From contig OY760505.1 in the NCBI GenBank assembly GCA_963663545.1, positions 1,248,001 through 1,312,000 of the forward strand: a stretch of 64,000 bases of DNA, written 5' to 3'. Source of the stretch: Candidatus Delongbacteria bacterium. Its GTDB lineage: Bacteria > CAIWAD01. Of the stretch, positions 39,059 through 49,307 are shown in pieces; position 1 is the first letter of the stretch; every line of letters starts with the position of its first letter. Position numbers and translations under genes: made by a program. The notes below the pieces were generated by a model, which worked only from the letters and a program-made list of their open reading frames with translations, did not search any database and was not told the DNA's origin.

Positions 39059-40566
39059 TGTCCAGAGTATCCATTGCACCGGTTGCCACCCTGGCTTTGT
39101 GCTGCTGCGTGAGTGTTGCCAGCGCCGGTCTGTTCGGCAAACCAAAGCCGCAGGTCCCCGGCCACCCCGATGAAATCGTAATCCCGCCCTTGGAGTTCAC
39201 CCCGCCCACAGCTGGCGAATATCGTCACGTGCTAAGCAATGGCGTTGTGTGCTACATCGCCGAGGAGCACGTCGTACCGCTGTCGCGCATTGAGGTGCAG
39301 CTTCTCATTGATGAGAAGCAGGAGCCGCGCGAGCTGAATGGCCTGCATTCGCTTTTTGCGGATATGCTGGTAGAGAGCGGCTCTGGCTCGCACGACGCGA
39401 CCTGGGTGGAAGAAGACATGGCCTTTCTGGGCGCACGTCTGCGGAGTGGTAGCGAAGAGTATGGTGCCAGCGCATCCATTGATCTGCTCAGCAAAGACCT
39501 GGATCACGGCCTTGACATGCTCTTTGAGCTGCTGCGCGATCCTGCCTTCCAGCAGGACCGCCTGGATCAGAACCTGCGCTCGCGCATTGCCTGGATGAAG
39601 GAGCGCAACAACGATCCCGATCGCATCGAGCGCGCCGAATGGTATCGCCTGATCTACACGCCCGACTACTACCGTCCCACGACGAAGGCTTCGTATGAAG
39701 CCATCTCGCGCGAAGACCTGCTGGCCTGGCACGACCGCTGGGTGCAGCCGGGCAACATGCGCATTTCAGCCTCCGGCGATTTTGATACCGACGAGCTCTT
39801 GCAGGCTCTGGAAGCGCGTTTTGCCAGCTGGCCAACTCAGCCGGGTGCCGAGTTCACTTGGGAACCCGCATACGCCAATCCCACACCGGGTGTCTATGTT
39901 TACAACAAGGACGATTCGAACCAAAGCAACGTTCGTGTTACTCTGCCGGGCCTGGATCGCGACGATCCTCAATGGCTGGCTACAGATATCATGAACCAGA
40001 TCCTTGGTAGCGGAAATGGAATGAGCAATCACCTGCTCAATCGCATTCGCACCCAAGAGGGACTGGCCTACTCGGTGGGAAGCGCTTTGCTTGAAGAGGA
40101 CTTCGGCCCTGGCATGCACATCGCCGTGTTCCAGACGAAAACCGAAAGCACGCTCTACGCCATGCGCCTGCTTGTGGACGAATACAAACGCATGGCCGCT
40201 GGCGAGTTTGAAGATGAAGAGCTGGAAAGGATCAAGACCAACCTGGTTCAGAGCTTCCCCACGCCTTTCTCTTCAGCAGCAGGTTGTGTTGAAGTATTCA
40301 TGAGCGAAGAACTCACCGGTCGCTACCAGCAAAACCCGGACTACTATGCCGAGTACCGCGACAAGGTGCGAGCCATCACGCGTGACGATATTCAGGCTGC
40401 CGCGCAGCAACTTCTGCATACCGACCAGCTTGTCTGGTTGGTAGTGGGCAAGGCCGATGGCATTCTTTCTGGCGACGCAGAGCACGGTATCAGCGTGGAA
40501 GAATTCGGCACCCTGCACATGCTGCCGAAGCGTGACCCCCTGACGGATGCGCCTATCGCCAACTAG
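39058..40566 (+). CDS. M16 family peptidase (inactive partner subunit)
   Basis: LSNG, N.ILG, IRTQEGLAYSV; lacks HxxEH; TAATG coupling with the previous gene. Confidence 0.88.
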   Translation: MSRVSIAPVATLALCCCVSVASAGLFGKPKPQVPGHPDEIVIPPLEFTPPTAGEYRHVLSNGVVCYIAEEHVVPLSRIEVQLLIDEKQEPRELNGLHSLFADMLVESGSGSHDATWVEEDMAFLGARLRSGSEEYGASASIDLLSKDLDHGLDMLFELLRDPAFQQDRLDQNLRSRIAWMKERNNDPDRIERAEWYRLIYTPDYYRPTTKASYEAISREDLLAWHDRWVQPGNMRISASGDFDTDELLQALEARFASWPTQPGAEFTWEPAYANPTPGVYVYNKDDSNQSNVRVTLPGLDRDDPQWLATDIMNQILGSGNGMSNHLLNRIRTQEGLAYSVGSALLEEDFGPGMHIAVFQTKTESTLYAMRLLVDEYKRMAAGEFEDEELERIKTNLVQSFPTPFSSAAGCVEVFMSEELTGRYQQNPDYYAEYRDKVRAITRDDIQAAAQQLLHTDQLVWLVVGKADGILSGDAEHGISVEEFGTLHMLPKRDPLTDAPIAN

Positions 40567-40656
40567 CCTTCTGCACACCATGCATTCTAAACGCCCGTAG
40601 CATAGTGTTGCGGGCGTTTTCTTTGGGCTCAATCTGCCGCCTTCGTTGGGGGCCGA

Positions 40657-40807
40657 CCAGGCGCCGTCTGGCGGAAAGATACACTGCAGATAAAATGAAA
40701 CCGGCCAGGCGCCGTCTGGCGGAAAGATGCACTGCAGACAAAATGAAACCGGCCAGGCGCCGTCTGGCGGAAAGATACACTGCAGATAAAATGAAACCGG
40801 CCAGGCG
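40657..40807. repeat. 48-bp tandem repeat, 3 copies plus a partial fourth
   Basis: Unit ccaggcgccgtctggcggaaagatacactgcagataaaatgaaaccgg at 40657, 40705 (2 mismatches) and 40753. Confidence 0.95.
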
Positions 40808-40852
40808 GGGGAGCGTTGGCCGGTTACATACAGAAGAGAAGGAGATGATCGT

Positions 40853-41047
40853 TTAGTTTTCGCGCTCCCGCATCCAATCCTGGAGCACACTGCGACTGAT
40901 CCGCCATTCGGAACCCACCTTGCGAGCGGGGATAATTCCTTCCCGAACAAGCATATACATGGTATTGCGGCTAACCTTGAGAATATCTCTGGTTTCCTTC
41001 AGGGTCAGCATCTCATCGTTGCTACGTTCAAGCATGTCCAATTCCAT
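40853..41047 (-). CDS. Excisionase-family (HTH_17) DNA-binding protein
   Basis: LTLKE...LKVSRNTMY...REG.IPARKVG.EWRI. Confidence 0.85.
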   Translation of the reverse strand: MELDMLERSNDEMLTLKETRDILKVSRNTMYMLVREGIIPARKVGSEWRISRSVLQDWMREREN

Positions 41048-41143
41048 TCTTGTCGCAATTGACAGCTTCTATCGGGATTGCAGGCCCTGGGCTTTAATCC
41101 TCAGGTGAGAAAGTGAAGCTCAAAACAGCGAGAGGGGAATGTG

Positions 41144-42073
41144 TCAGTGCGACTCACAGGAAAGGCAGGCGTGTTCCGCGGCAGAATCACCGATCTCAAT
41201 TTGCAGTGTGGCATGATGAATACCGAATTCGTGCGCCAGTTCGTGCTGCACGTGATACAACCAGCCATCACCGGGGTGCCCCCCAGGCATAAGCAAGTGT
41301 GCGCTGAGAGCCACTTCCGTTGTAGACAGGCTCCAGATGTGCAAATCGTGCAGTTGTGATACACCGTCAAGAGCGAGCAACCACGCCGCGACCAGCTCTG
41401 GATCAATGTGATCCGGTACGGCGTCGATGGCGCGCAATCCGGCTTCCTTCAGCAGTGACCAACTGCTGTGTATCACAATCAGCACAATCAGCAGGCTGAC
41501 CAGTGGATCCAGCCAGCTCCAGCTGTGGAACAGCAGTACAACACCAGCCAGTACGACTCCCAAGCTGACCAGCGCATCGGCCGCCATGTGCAGAAAGGCG
41601 CCACGAAGGTTAAGGTCGTGCTTGCCGCCGCGCATGAAGAGCGCCGCCGTGACTCCATTGATGACCACGCCCACAGCAGCGACAATGATCAACGGCATGC
41701 CCGGTGTATCACCAGGATTGAACAGTGCACGAACGCTCTCCCAGGCGATGGTCAGCATAGCTGCAACAAGCAGGATGCCCGAACCCAGGGCGGAAAGAAT
41801 CGTGAGCTTACGCCAGCCAAAAGTTCTTCGGTTTGTCGCAGGACGACTCGCCAAACTGGCCGCACTCCAAGCCAGCAGAAGACTGGCAACATCGCTGAGG
41901 TTGTGTCCGGCATCTGCCATAAGGGCCAGCGATCCTAGGTGCCAACCAAATAGAAATTCCACGATCACGTAACACAGATTGAGCCCTACACCAAGCGCAA
42001 AAGCCCTTCCTAACGTAGCTGGAAGGTGATGGTGATGGGCTTGTCCATGATGTGAATGATGATCGTGGCCCAT
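41144..42073 (-). CDS. Cation diffusion facilitator (CzcD/ZitB-like)
   Basis: His-rich N-terminus, ADAGHNLSD, LHMAADA, HDLHIW, HATLQIE. Confidence 0.93.
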   Translation of the reverse strand: MGHDHHSHHGQAHHHHLPATLGRAFALGVGLNLCYVIVEFLFGWHLGSLALMADAGHNLSDVASLLLAWSAASLASRPATNRRTFGWRKLTILSALGSGILLVAAMLTIAWESVRALFNPGDTPGMPLIIVAAVGVVINGVTAALFMRGGKHDLNLRGAFLHMAADALVSLGVVLAGVVLLFHSWSWLDPLVSLLIVLIVIHSSWSLLKEAGLRAIDAVPDHIDPELVAAWLLALDGVSQLHDLHIWSLSTTEVALSAHLLMPGGHPGDGWLYHVQHELAHEFGIHHATLQIEIGDSAAEHACLSCESH

Positions 42074-42285
42074 GAGACAATCCTATGCCCTTAACGCGTT
42101 CTCTGCCAACCGCCGCGCCAAGAAGATACAGCTCGCATTCAAGGCTTCCCAGAAATCGAACAAGACGTATGAACGACGACTACTCGAGCACACTCGAGTC
42201 TGTGATACAAGTGTCTGCTGTGATGCATGAATTGCGCAAGCGAGTCCTGCAGAATTCATTGACGAAGGTGAGGTGAAGGGAACAG

Positions 42286-44310
42286 CTAGTTGTAGAAGGT
42301 CCAACGCACGCCAACGCGATCTTCGCGTCCCAGCTCGGGATAACCAGCCACACGTTGGATCTCTGCGTCAAGCAGGTTACGCACGCTGTAGAAGAAAGTG
42401 AAAGTGCGCAAACGGACCTCGCTGTACAACCAGAGATCGGGTGCCTCCCATAAGTCCGCCTCAGCACTGTCAATGCCGCCGTACTCGTAGTGCACGCCCA
42501 GAGTTGTGTGCCAGTGCAAATCTCCCTTGAACAGGCAAGTATGAAAGCGCAGGCCGCCTTCGCTGATACTGGTAGCAAACTCGCGGCTGACAAAATCCTT
42601 GCTGCACTCAAAGACCCCCTGAGTAGCAAAGGCACTGAAATGGCGACCGAAAGTACGCGTCCACCACAACTGTGCACCGCTGTAATTGGCGTCAAGATTC
42701 TGCCATGTACGCAGCGAGTCGTTCATTGATACAAGAACAGATTCGTCGCGTGATACAAGATACCAGGCACGCGCATTTAGCTCGCCAAGCACCGTCTTGC
42801 CACTCTGCAAACGAAGCTCTAGTCGCTGCCAGCGTTGATCTTCCAGCGAATAGTTAGGAACGAGTGTTTGGCTGGAGCCACGCCACCAGGGATCTGTGGC
42901 TACTTCCTGCAGTGTTGGATACCGTGTTACATACAGTTGTTCGAGTGTAGGTGAGCGACGCCCAGAATCGAGAAGAAGCCCCACACTCGCTTCGGGCACA
43001 GAAGGCAGTGGCAACCCTCGCTGAAGCTCAAGCCCGAAATCGTGATACAAATGGTCCCAGTCGCTGCGCTGTCCAAACAGGCCTTTGGCCAGTAAATGGA
43101 AATCCCAGGGTAATTCGCCCTGGACACGAAGGCGGGTACTATGCTCCCTGATATCGTCTTGCCAATCGGGCGTCGACAATTCTTGCCACTCAATAGAAGA
43201 ACTCAAATCAAAACGCCACTCGGCAAATACGCTCTGAGCACCTCCGCTCAGGCCACGTAGCCGTCCACGATCTGCCAACAGCGTATCACTGGAAACAAAT
43301 TTCTCGGAATCATTACGCCGCCATGCATCAAAGGAAAACAATACGGGCAACATCGAACGCTGTTGTATCACGCGCGCCCGTAGCAGACTCTGCTGCAAGC
43401 GGCATTCGTTCGAGTAGCTTCCCAGCTGATCATGCTCATCGCGCAAGATGCGCTGATCCAACTTCAACAGCCAGGAACCGAAATGCCGATCCCAGTTCCA
43501 GAAGAAGAGATTTCCGCGGTAGTTGGCACCTGTTGTTCGCTTGCCAGTAAAGACCTGACGCGCGGCCAAGGTCAAACCTCCGTTGAACAAGGGACGGCGG
43601 AAATCACCCTCAGTAGTCAGGAATTCGTAGAAGCCTTCGTAGCTGCGGATTCGTGTTACAACACTAGGCTCTGTCGCTCGCAGACTCTGCAACTCGATGA
43701 CACCGCCCGGCCGCCCGGTGGCGGAGCGGCTCCACACATCCTGCTCCAATGTATCACACAGCGTAAAGGAACCCAGCAGGTTCAGATTCGTCTGCCCCGT
43801 GATACGACTGCCCAGATCCAGCCCATCCAGCACAATTGTCGATTGCGTGGTGGGCATGCCGTCCAGGCCGATGTACTGGCGATGGCCTACATTGGCTAAA
43901 TCGAAGAGCGGACCCGCGACCAGCGGCGAAAGTTGATCCGCAAGGTCCTCACGCGGACGGTCGAGCTGGTAGGAAATCCCAGGAAGCAATGCTGTATCAC
44001 GCTGCTGAAGGTCGACCTTCTTCAATCGCCACTTAATCGGCTCTAGTATCACGGAATCCGCTTGCAGCCCACCAGGGGGGGCAGCGGGAATCAGGATAGG
44101 CAGCATAAGGCTGTCTGCGCTCAGGCTATCTTGCGGTGATACAAAAACGGGAGCGTGCGAATCATCGCCCGGCGGTGCTTTCTTGGCAGCAATCCCCTGG
44201 GAAGCGGCCAGGCCCGGGAGCAGAAAAAGGCCGACGCCGGCAGCAAGCAGTTTCGGCCACCAGGGGATGGCCTGAGCTGTTAACTGCCGGAATCGACCCA
44301 GCATGGGCAC
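42286..44310 (-). CDS. Outer-membrane beta-barrel / TonB-dependent receptor-like protein
   Basis: GGAGGA RBS and signal-like N-terminus; plug-like IVLDG...GGVI; amphipathic strands; ends NLLD...GYP...GVRWTFYN. Confidence 0.65.
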   Translation of the reverse strand: MPMLGRFRQLTAQAIPWWPKLLAAGVGLFLLPGLAASQGIAAKKAPPGDDSHAPVFVSPQDSLSADSLMLPILIPAAPPGGLQADSVILEPIKWRLKKVDLQQRDTALLPGISYQLDRPREDLADQLSPLVAGPLFDLANVGHRQYIGLDGMPTTQSTIVLDGLDLGSRITGQTNLNLLGSFTLCDTLEQDVWSRSATGRPGGVIELQSLRATEPSVVTRIRSYEGFYEFLTTEGDFRRPLFNGGLTLAARQVFTGKRTTGANYRGNLFFWNWDRHFGSWLLKLDQRILRDEHDQLGSYSNECRLQQSLLRARVIQQRSMLPVLFSFDAWRRNDSEKFVSSDTLLADRGRLRGLSGGAQSVFAEWRFDLSSSIEWQELSTPDWQDDIREHSTRLRVQGELPWDFHLLAKGLFGQRSDWDHLYHDFGLELQRGLPLPSVPEASVGLLLDSGRRSPTLEQLYVTRYPTLQEVATDPWWRGSSQTLVPNYSLEDQRWQRLELRLQSGKTVLGELNARAWYLVSRDESVLVSMNDSLRTWQNLDANYSGAQLWWTRTFGRHFSAFATQGVFECSKDFVSREFATSISEGGLRFHTCLFKGDLHWHTTLGVHYEYGGIDSAEADLWEAPDLWLYSEVRLRTFTFFYSVRNLLDAEIQRVAGYPELGREDRVGVRWTFYN

Positions 44311-44356
44311 TGCGTCCTCCTTCAACAGGCGGGTCCGAAGACCCGGACGCAACGTG

Positions 44357-44707
44357 CTAGCGCGTACTCTTCTCGCGGATACGGGCGGCCTTGCCACTGC
44401 GTCCACGCAGGTAGTACAACTTGGCACGACGAACGCGACCACTGCGCACGACCACAAGCTTCTCGATCTTCGGGCTGTGCAGCGGGAAAATACGCTCCAC
44501 GCCAAAGCCCTTGACCACCTTACGGACGGTGAAAGTCGCTGTGGGGCTGTTGCCACCGCTGCGGGCAATCACGACACCAGTGTAAACCTGGATACGCTCT
44601 TTGTTGCCCTCGATGATGCGCACGTGCACATCCACGGTGTCACCAGGGCTGAACTGCGGCAGATCCTCGCGCACCACGGGCTTGAATTCGCTCTTGAGCA
44701 GGCTCAT
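44357..44707 (-). CDS. rplS: 50S ribosomal protein L19
   Basis: [39 protein letters not shown]. Confidence 0.97.
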   Translation of the reverse strand: MSLLKSEFKPVVREDLPQFSPGDTVDVHVRIIEGNKERIQVYTGVVIARSGGNSPTATFTVRKVVKGFGVERIFPLHSPKIEKLVVVRSGRVRRAKLYYLRGRSGKAARIREKSTR

Positions 44708-44738
44708 TTCGGGCCTCCTTCTATCTCGTATTTCCTCG

Positions 44739-45449
44739 TCACTCGTCCGCGCCCGAAAGCAGATCGGGACGCTTGCGCTTCGTCCGTTCAAGCCGCTGTC
44801 CGGCACGCCACTTCTCAATCCTGGCGTGATGTCCCGAAAGCAGGATCTCCGGCACTGCCATTTCACGGAACTCCGCAGGCCTGGTGTACACCGGAGCGTC
44901 CAACAGGCCATCTTCAAGAGAATCGGTATCCGCCGACTCCATGCGGCTGATGGCGCCCGGCAGCAAACGCACCAGCGCATCCATCAGAACCATCGCGGCC
45001 AGCTCTCCCCCGGACAGAATATAGTCGCCGATGCTGATCTCCAGATCAACACAGGAAGCCATGAAGCGCTCGTCGACGCCCTTGTAGCGACCGCAGAAAA
45101 GGATCATGTGATCCACCTCTGCCGCCATCCTACGCGCATCGGCCTGCTTCAGCGGGAAGCCCTGCGGACTGGTCAAAGCAACCAGCGGTCGCGGGGCATC
45201 CGGACGCTCCTCGCGGGCGCGCTCAAGCAGCTCCTCAAGGCAAGCGAACAGCGGCTCCGGCTTCATCACCATGCCCGCGCCTCCGCCGAAGATCTCGTCA
45301 TCGGTCTTGAAATGAGGCGGCGAGGCCCAATCCCGCAACTGGTGCAGGCGGATGTCGACGATTCCGCGTTCACGCGCCCGCTTGATGATGGATTCATCCA
45401 GCGGACCGGCGAACATCTCGGGAAAGATGCTGACAACGTCAATGATCAT
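44739..45449 (-). CDS. trmD: tRNA (guanine-N1)-methyltransferase
   Basis: [43 protein letters not shown]. Confidence 0.97.
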   Translation of the reverse strand: MIIDVVSIFPEMFAGPLDESIIKRARERGIVDIRLHQLRDWASPPHFKTDDEIFGGGAGMVMKPEPLFACLEELLERAREERPDAPRPLVALTSPQGFPLKQADARRMAAEVDHMILFCGRYKGVDERFMASCVDLEISIGDYILSGGELAAMVLMDALVRLLPGAISRMESADTDSLEDGLLDAPVYTRPAEFREMAVPEILLSGHHARIEKWRAGQRLERTKRKRPDLLSGADE

Positions 45450-45969
45450 CGGGCACCATCCCTGCGGGCAACATGCCCTCCAAAGGACGGATCACGAGAT
45501 ACCCGTCTTCGACGTGTACCTCTGGTACGAACTGCTCGAGAGAAGGAACCAGCGCTTCGAATTCGCCCTGTTGTATCACGTACACGTGTGAGGATGGCAT
45601 TTCCAGCACATCCGCAACACGACCCACAACACGGCCATCTTCCAGGCGCACTTCAAGGCCGATCAAATCGGCAATGAAGTTCTCATTCTCCGCGAGCGGC
45701 GGAAGGTCGTCCCGGTGCATGGCAAGCCAGCTTCCGCGTGCCTCTTCCGCCTGAGTGCGAGTGGCAATCTCGGCGAAACGCAGGCTTACACGGTTGCCAC
45801 TTTGCAAGCCATCTACGACGGTTAGCGGATGTAATCCGTCCTTGCGTCGAAGATAGAGCCGAACGCCCTCCAGCAGGCGGGCCGGGTCATCGCTCAGCGA
45901 CTCAATCCACACGTCCCCGCGCAAACCACGAGGGCGCGAGATGCGGCCAATGTCGATGTACTCGTCCAT
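45439..45969 (-). CDS. rimM: Ribosome maturation factor RimM
   Basis: IGRI..PRGLRG, DLIGLEV, LVP....FV; context. Confidence 0.92.
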   Translation of the reverse strand: MDEYIDIGRISRPRGLRGDVWIESLSDDPARLLEGVRLYLRRKDGLHPLTVVDGLQSGNRVSLRFAEIATRTQAEEARGSWLAMHRDDLPPLAENENFIADLIGLEVRLEDGRVVGRVADVLEMPSSHVYVIQQGEFEALVPSLEQFVPEVHVEDGYLVIRPLEGMLPAGMVPDDH

Positions 45970-45986
45970 GCCTGCAGAAACCGGGC

Positions 45987-46490
45987 TTACTCGGCAGCAG
46001 CCTCGCCCTCAGCGGGCTCCTCGGAAGCAGCGGCCTCTTCTTCTGCCTTGGCAGCAGCAGCGGCCTCAGCAGCCTTGCGGGCTTCTTCTTCCTTGCGGCG
46101 ACGCTCGTCAGCCTTGACGGCCTCTTCTGCCTTGCGGCGAGCCTCGGCGGCGACCTTGTCGGCCTTGTCCTGATGCAGCTCAAGGTGCTTGACGACGGCG
46201 TTGCCGATCTCCTCCTCGCTGGCACCACGCTTCTTCAGATCGAAGGCGAGCAGAATGCCGCGACGGGAAAGCAGATTGCGAACGGTGTCGCTGGGCTGAG
46301 CACCACTAGACAGCCACTTGATGGCGGCTTCCTGGTCGATGTCGATGGTAGCCGGATTGGTCAGCGGGTTGTAGGTACCCACGCACTCGATGTAGGAACC
46401 ATCACGACGCTTGCGCGAGTCCACGGCGATGACGCGGTAGAACGGACGCTTCTTGCGACCCATGCGGGTCAGGCGCAGCTTGACAGCCAC
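45987..46490 (-). CDS. rpsP: 30S ribosomal protein S16 with Ala/Glu-rich C-terminal extension
   Basis: [31 protein letters not shown]. Confidence 0.97.
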   Translation of the reverse strand: MAVKLRLTRMGRKKRPFYRVIAVDSRKRRDGSYIECVGTYNPLTNPATIDIDQEAAIKWLSSGAQPSDTVRNLLSRRGILLAFDLKKRGASEEEIGNAVVKHLELHQDKADKVAAEARRKAEEAVKADERRRKEEEARKAAEAAAAAKAEEEAAASEEPAEGEAAAE

Positions 46491-46505
46491 GTTTTCCTCC
46501 GAAAG

Positions 46506-47939
46506 TTATCGCTTCTTGCCCTTTTTCCGGCTCTGCGAATTGCGCTTGGCGCGCTGCAACGCGAAGCCGGCCGAAACCGGATTCACCTGGCTTGGGGGAG
46601 TGGGCCCCGCCGCAGGCTTGGCCGCCGGCGCACGCATGCCGCCGAAAGCACCGAACCCGGAAAGCTGCTTCATCATGTCCTTCATCGCGAAGTACTGGTT
46701 CAGCAGCAGGGTTACATCATTTTCTGTCACTCCACAGCCGCGCGAAATACGCTTCTTGCGGCTTCCGTTGATCACCTTGGGATTGCCGCGCTCTTCCTTG
46801 GTCATCGATTGAATGATGGCCTCGGTGCGCGTGAGCTGCTTGGGATCGAAATCCAGATCCTTCAGCTTGTTGCCCACTCCCGGGATCATTTTCAGCAGGC
46901 CTTCCAGCGGACCCAGTCGCTTGAGCATCTGCAGCTGCGACAGGAAATCCTCCAGATCGAACTCGGCGCGCTGAATCTTGGCCGCCATCTTCTCGGCGTC
47001 CGCGCGCTCTACCTGCTCCTCGACCTTCTCCACCAGGCTGACCACATCGCCCATGCCCAGAATGCGCTGGGCCATGCGATCGGGGTGGAAGGGCTCAATG
47101 GCCTCGAGCTTTTCGCCCAGACCAATGTACTTCAGCGGTTTGCCAGTGACCACGCGAATGGACAGCGCGGCACCACCGCGTGTATCACCGTCGAGCTTGG
47201 TCAGCACCACACCGTGGAACTGCAAGCGCTCGTTGAACTCGCGGGCGGCGTTGACCGCGTCCTGGCCGATCATGGCGTCTGCGACAAAGAGGATCTCGTG
47301 AGGCTGGATAACCTCGCGGATGCGCTCGACTTCGCGCATCATCTCTTCGTCGATATGCAGACGACCGGCGGTATCTACAAAGATCAGATCCGCGCCCTGG
47401 CGACGAGCCTCTTCAAGGCCCTCGACCGCCGTGCGGACGGCGTCGTTGTCGACGGGACGGAAAACGGGCACTCCGAGTTGCCCGCCCAGGGTCACCAACT
47501 GCTCGACGGCAGCCGGACGATAAATGTCAGCGGCGATCAGGAAGGGACGTGCCCCCCTGCGGCGCTTGAGCCATCCAGCCAGTTTGGCGGCGGTAGTGGT
47601 TTTGCCGCTGCCCTGCAGACCGGCCATCATCACCACCGTGGGACCGTCGTTGGCTTTCGCCAGCTCGACGTGTTCGCCGCCCAGCATGTCAACCAGCTCA
47701 TCGTGCAGGATCTTGATGAACTGCTGACCGGGATTCACGCCCTTCAACACATCGGCGCCCTGCGCGGCTTGTGTCACGCGGTCGACGAAGTCGCGGGCGA
47801 CGCGCACATTGACGTCGGCTTCAAGCAACGCGCGACGAATCTCGCGAACCGTCTCATCAATGTTGCTCTCGCTTATCCGCGCGGTGCCTTTCAGCCCGCG
47901 CAGAATGCTGTCGAACCGCTCCTGAAGAGCATCAAACAT
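46506..47939 (-). CDS. ffh: Signal recognition particle protein Ffh
   Basis: ALLEADV, GLQGSGKTT, DTAGR, TKLDG, RILGMGD, SR..RI..G.G. Confidence 0.98.
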   Translation of the reverse strand: MFDALQERFDSILRGLKGTARISESNIDETVREIRRALLEADVNVRVARDFVDRVTQAAQGADVLKGVNPGQQFIKILHDELVDMLGGEHVELAKANDGPTVVMMAGLQGSGKTTTAAKLAGWLKRRRGARPFLIAADIYRPAAVEQLVTLGGQLGVPVFRPVDNDAVRTAVEGLEEARRQGADLIFVDTAGRLHIDEEMMREVERIREVIQPHEILFVADAMIGQDAVNAAREFNERLQFHGVVLTKLDGDTRGGAALSIRVVTGKPLKYIGLGEKLEAIEPFHPDRMAQRILGMGDVVSLVEKVEEQVERADAEKMAAKIQRAEFDLEDFLSQLQMLKRLGPLEGLLKMIPGVGNKLKDLDFDPKQLTRTEAIIQSMTKEERGNPKVINGSRKKRISRGCGVTENDVTLLLNQYFAMKDMMKQLSGFGAFGGMRAPAAKPAAGPTPPSQVNPVSAGFALQRAKRNSQSRKKGKKR

Positions 47940-48009
47940 GCGTCACAGTCCCAAATCGTGCAAATCGCTGAGTGTAGTAGTTGAATGCGATAAGAGCAAG
48001 CGAGAGCAA

Positions 48010-48603
48010 TCAGATAGAGCCTCGGCCCGCTGCTGGAGACCAGAGAATTTCGCCCTTTGGCTGGTTCAGCACCCGCGCCAAAACGAAAAGCAGGTCTGAA
48101 AGGCGATTCAAATAGACGAGAACCTGGCTGTTCACTTCGCCGGCTGCAGCTTCTTCCTCTAGAAATGCCAGCTCATTTACGCGACGTTCGGCACGACGGC
48201 ACAGCGTGCGCGCCATGTGCAATTCCGCTGCGGCGCGAGTGCCTCCCGGCAGGACGAAGCTCTCCAGCGGCTGCAGATCGGCGTTCCATTCCTGCTGCCA
48301 GCTTTCGAGGCGCTTTATGTAGTCTTCGCTAATGCGCAGACGATCGCCGTCGGGGCCTGGCACCGCAAGGTCGCCGCCCAGATCAAAGAGGTCATTCTGC
48401 ACGATACGAAGCTGGGCACACATCTTCTCCGGTGCCTCTTCTGCCAGCACGCCCGCCAGCGCGCAGCCGAGGAGCGCGTTCAGCTCGTCGACGGTGCCAT
48501 AGGCTTCCACGCGGGGGTGATGCTTGGCCACCCGCTGGCCGTTGCCGAGGCTGGTCTGGCCTTTGTCGCCGGTGGCTGTGGTGATGGTGGACAATCGGAC
48601 CAC
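48010..48603 (-). CDS. ATP:cob(I)alamin adenosyltransferase, PduO type
   Basis: T.TGDKGQTSL, AYGTVDELN, QNDLFDLG, FVLPGG, RRAERR, NRLSD.LF..AR. Confidence 0.93.
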   Translation of the reverse strand: MVRLSTITTATGDKGQTSLGNGQRVAKHHPRVEAYGTVDELNALLGCALAGVLAEEAPEKMCAQLRIVQNDLFDLGGDLAVPGPDGDRLRISEDYIKRLESWQQEWNADLQPLESFVLPGGTRAAAELHMARTLCRRAERRVNELAFLEEEAAAGEVNSQVLVYLNRLSDLLFVLARVLNQPKGEILWSPAAGRGSI

Positions 48604-48680
48604 TCGCGCCTTCCTTTTTCAATCGGTATCAAGCAACAAGCTAACACATTCGCCAAAGGGCGAGGCCTTTCGGTGCTTGA

Positions 48681-48751
48681 TTTCTCAGCCGCTGGCGCGG
48701 GCGTACGCTGGCGCTAAGCCGAAAGATGCCGCTTTCTTTGTCGCGACAAAG
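48681..48751 (-). repeat. Dispersed ~70-bp intergenic repeat, copy 1 (inverted relative to the copy at 61973-62045)
   Basis: Reverse complement ctttgtcgcgacaaagaaagcggcatctttcggcttagcgccagcgtacgcccgcgccagcggctgagaaa aligns with copy 2. Confidence 0.85.
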
Positions 48752-49307
48752 TGTGTCCCGCCTTCGGCGTGACACCTCGACGAAGTCGCACACAGGCTAC
48801 AGCTGAACACGCTTGGCTACTGAGATGTGCGCCTTCGTCCATAGTTTTCAAACGCTAGCTTGGTCAACCGCCGCGGGCGGGTACCATTTGGTGGCTGGTG
48901 GGCTACGCTCATGTGTTCACACCTTCGGTGTTCACTAGTGGTCTTGCGGCCAGGTGTTGTAAGCTAGCTGTGGGGATAGGTTGCTGGAATACGTGTAGAA
49001 CCGGCGGAGCCGATTCTTCCTCTTCTCTTCGACAGGATGCCATTGTACCCTATGGACGAAGCCGTGCAGTTTAGTAGCGAAGAGATTGCAGCAATTCATG
49101 ATGCGCGGCTTCGTCGAGGTGTCATGCGCGAAGCGCAGGACACACATGGACCGAAGACCCACAATTTGCTGGAGATTCGAGTCCGGGTGCGAAGTGCGCG
49201 ACACACTTTTTCAGGGCGTGAATGATACTCATTCACATCATGAATAGATATCCGTGTTCCACGCGCTCTCCCCGATTGAGAATTCGGTCTTGCTGGCTTG
49301 GGAGGAA

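Noticed and set aside
40657..40807. Possible mini CRISPR array
   Set aside because: The whole 48-bp units are near-identical, there are no unique spacers, and no cas genes are present.
40553..40950. ORFs with repeated peptides (RRRLAERYTADKMKPA and similar)
   Set aside because: They are translations of the 48-bp tandem repeat; several frames are open simply because 48 is a multiple of 3.
40853..41047. Prophage/ICE boundary at the excisionase-like gene
   Set aside because: No integrase, tRNA or phage genes nearby; the flanks are host genes.
45738..47984. 748-aa plus-strand ORF
   Set aside because: Antisense shadow of ffh/rpsP caused by high-GC codon bias; no recognisable motifs. The same applies to other long antisense ORFs such as 5031-6152, 11555-12457 and 62188-63078.
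47940..48010. SRP RNA (ffs) next to ffh
   Set aside because: No CAGG..GGAAG.AGCAG domain IV motif was seen.
48604..49300. Cobalamin riboswitch upstream of pduO
   Set aside because: The conserved B12-box and GGGAA/GCCACTG elements were not found on the minus strand.
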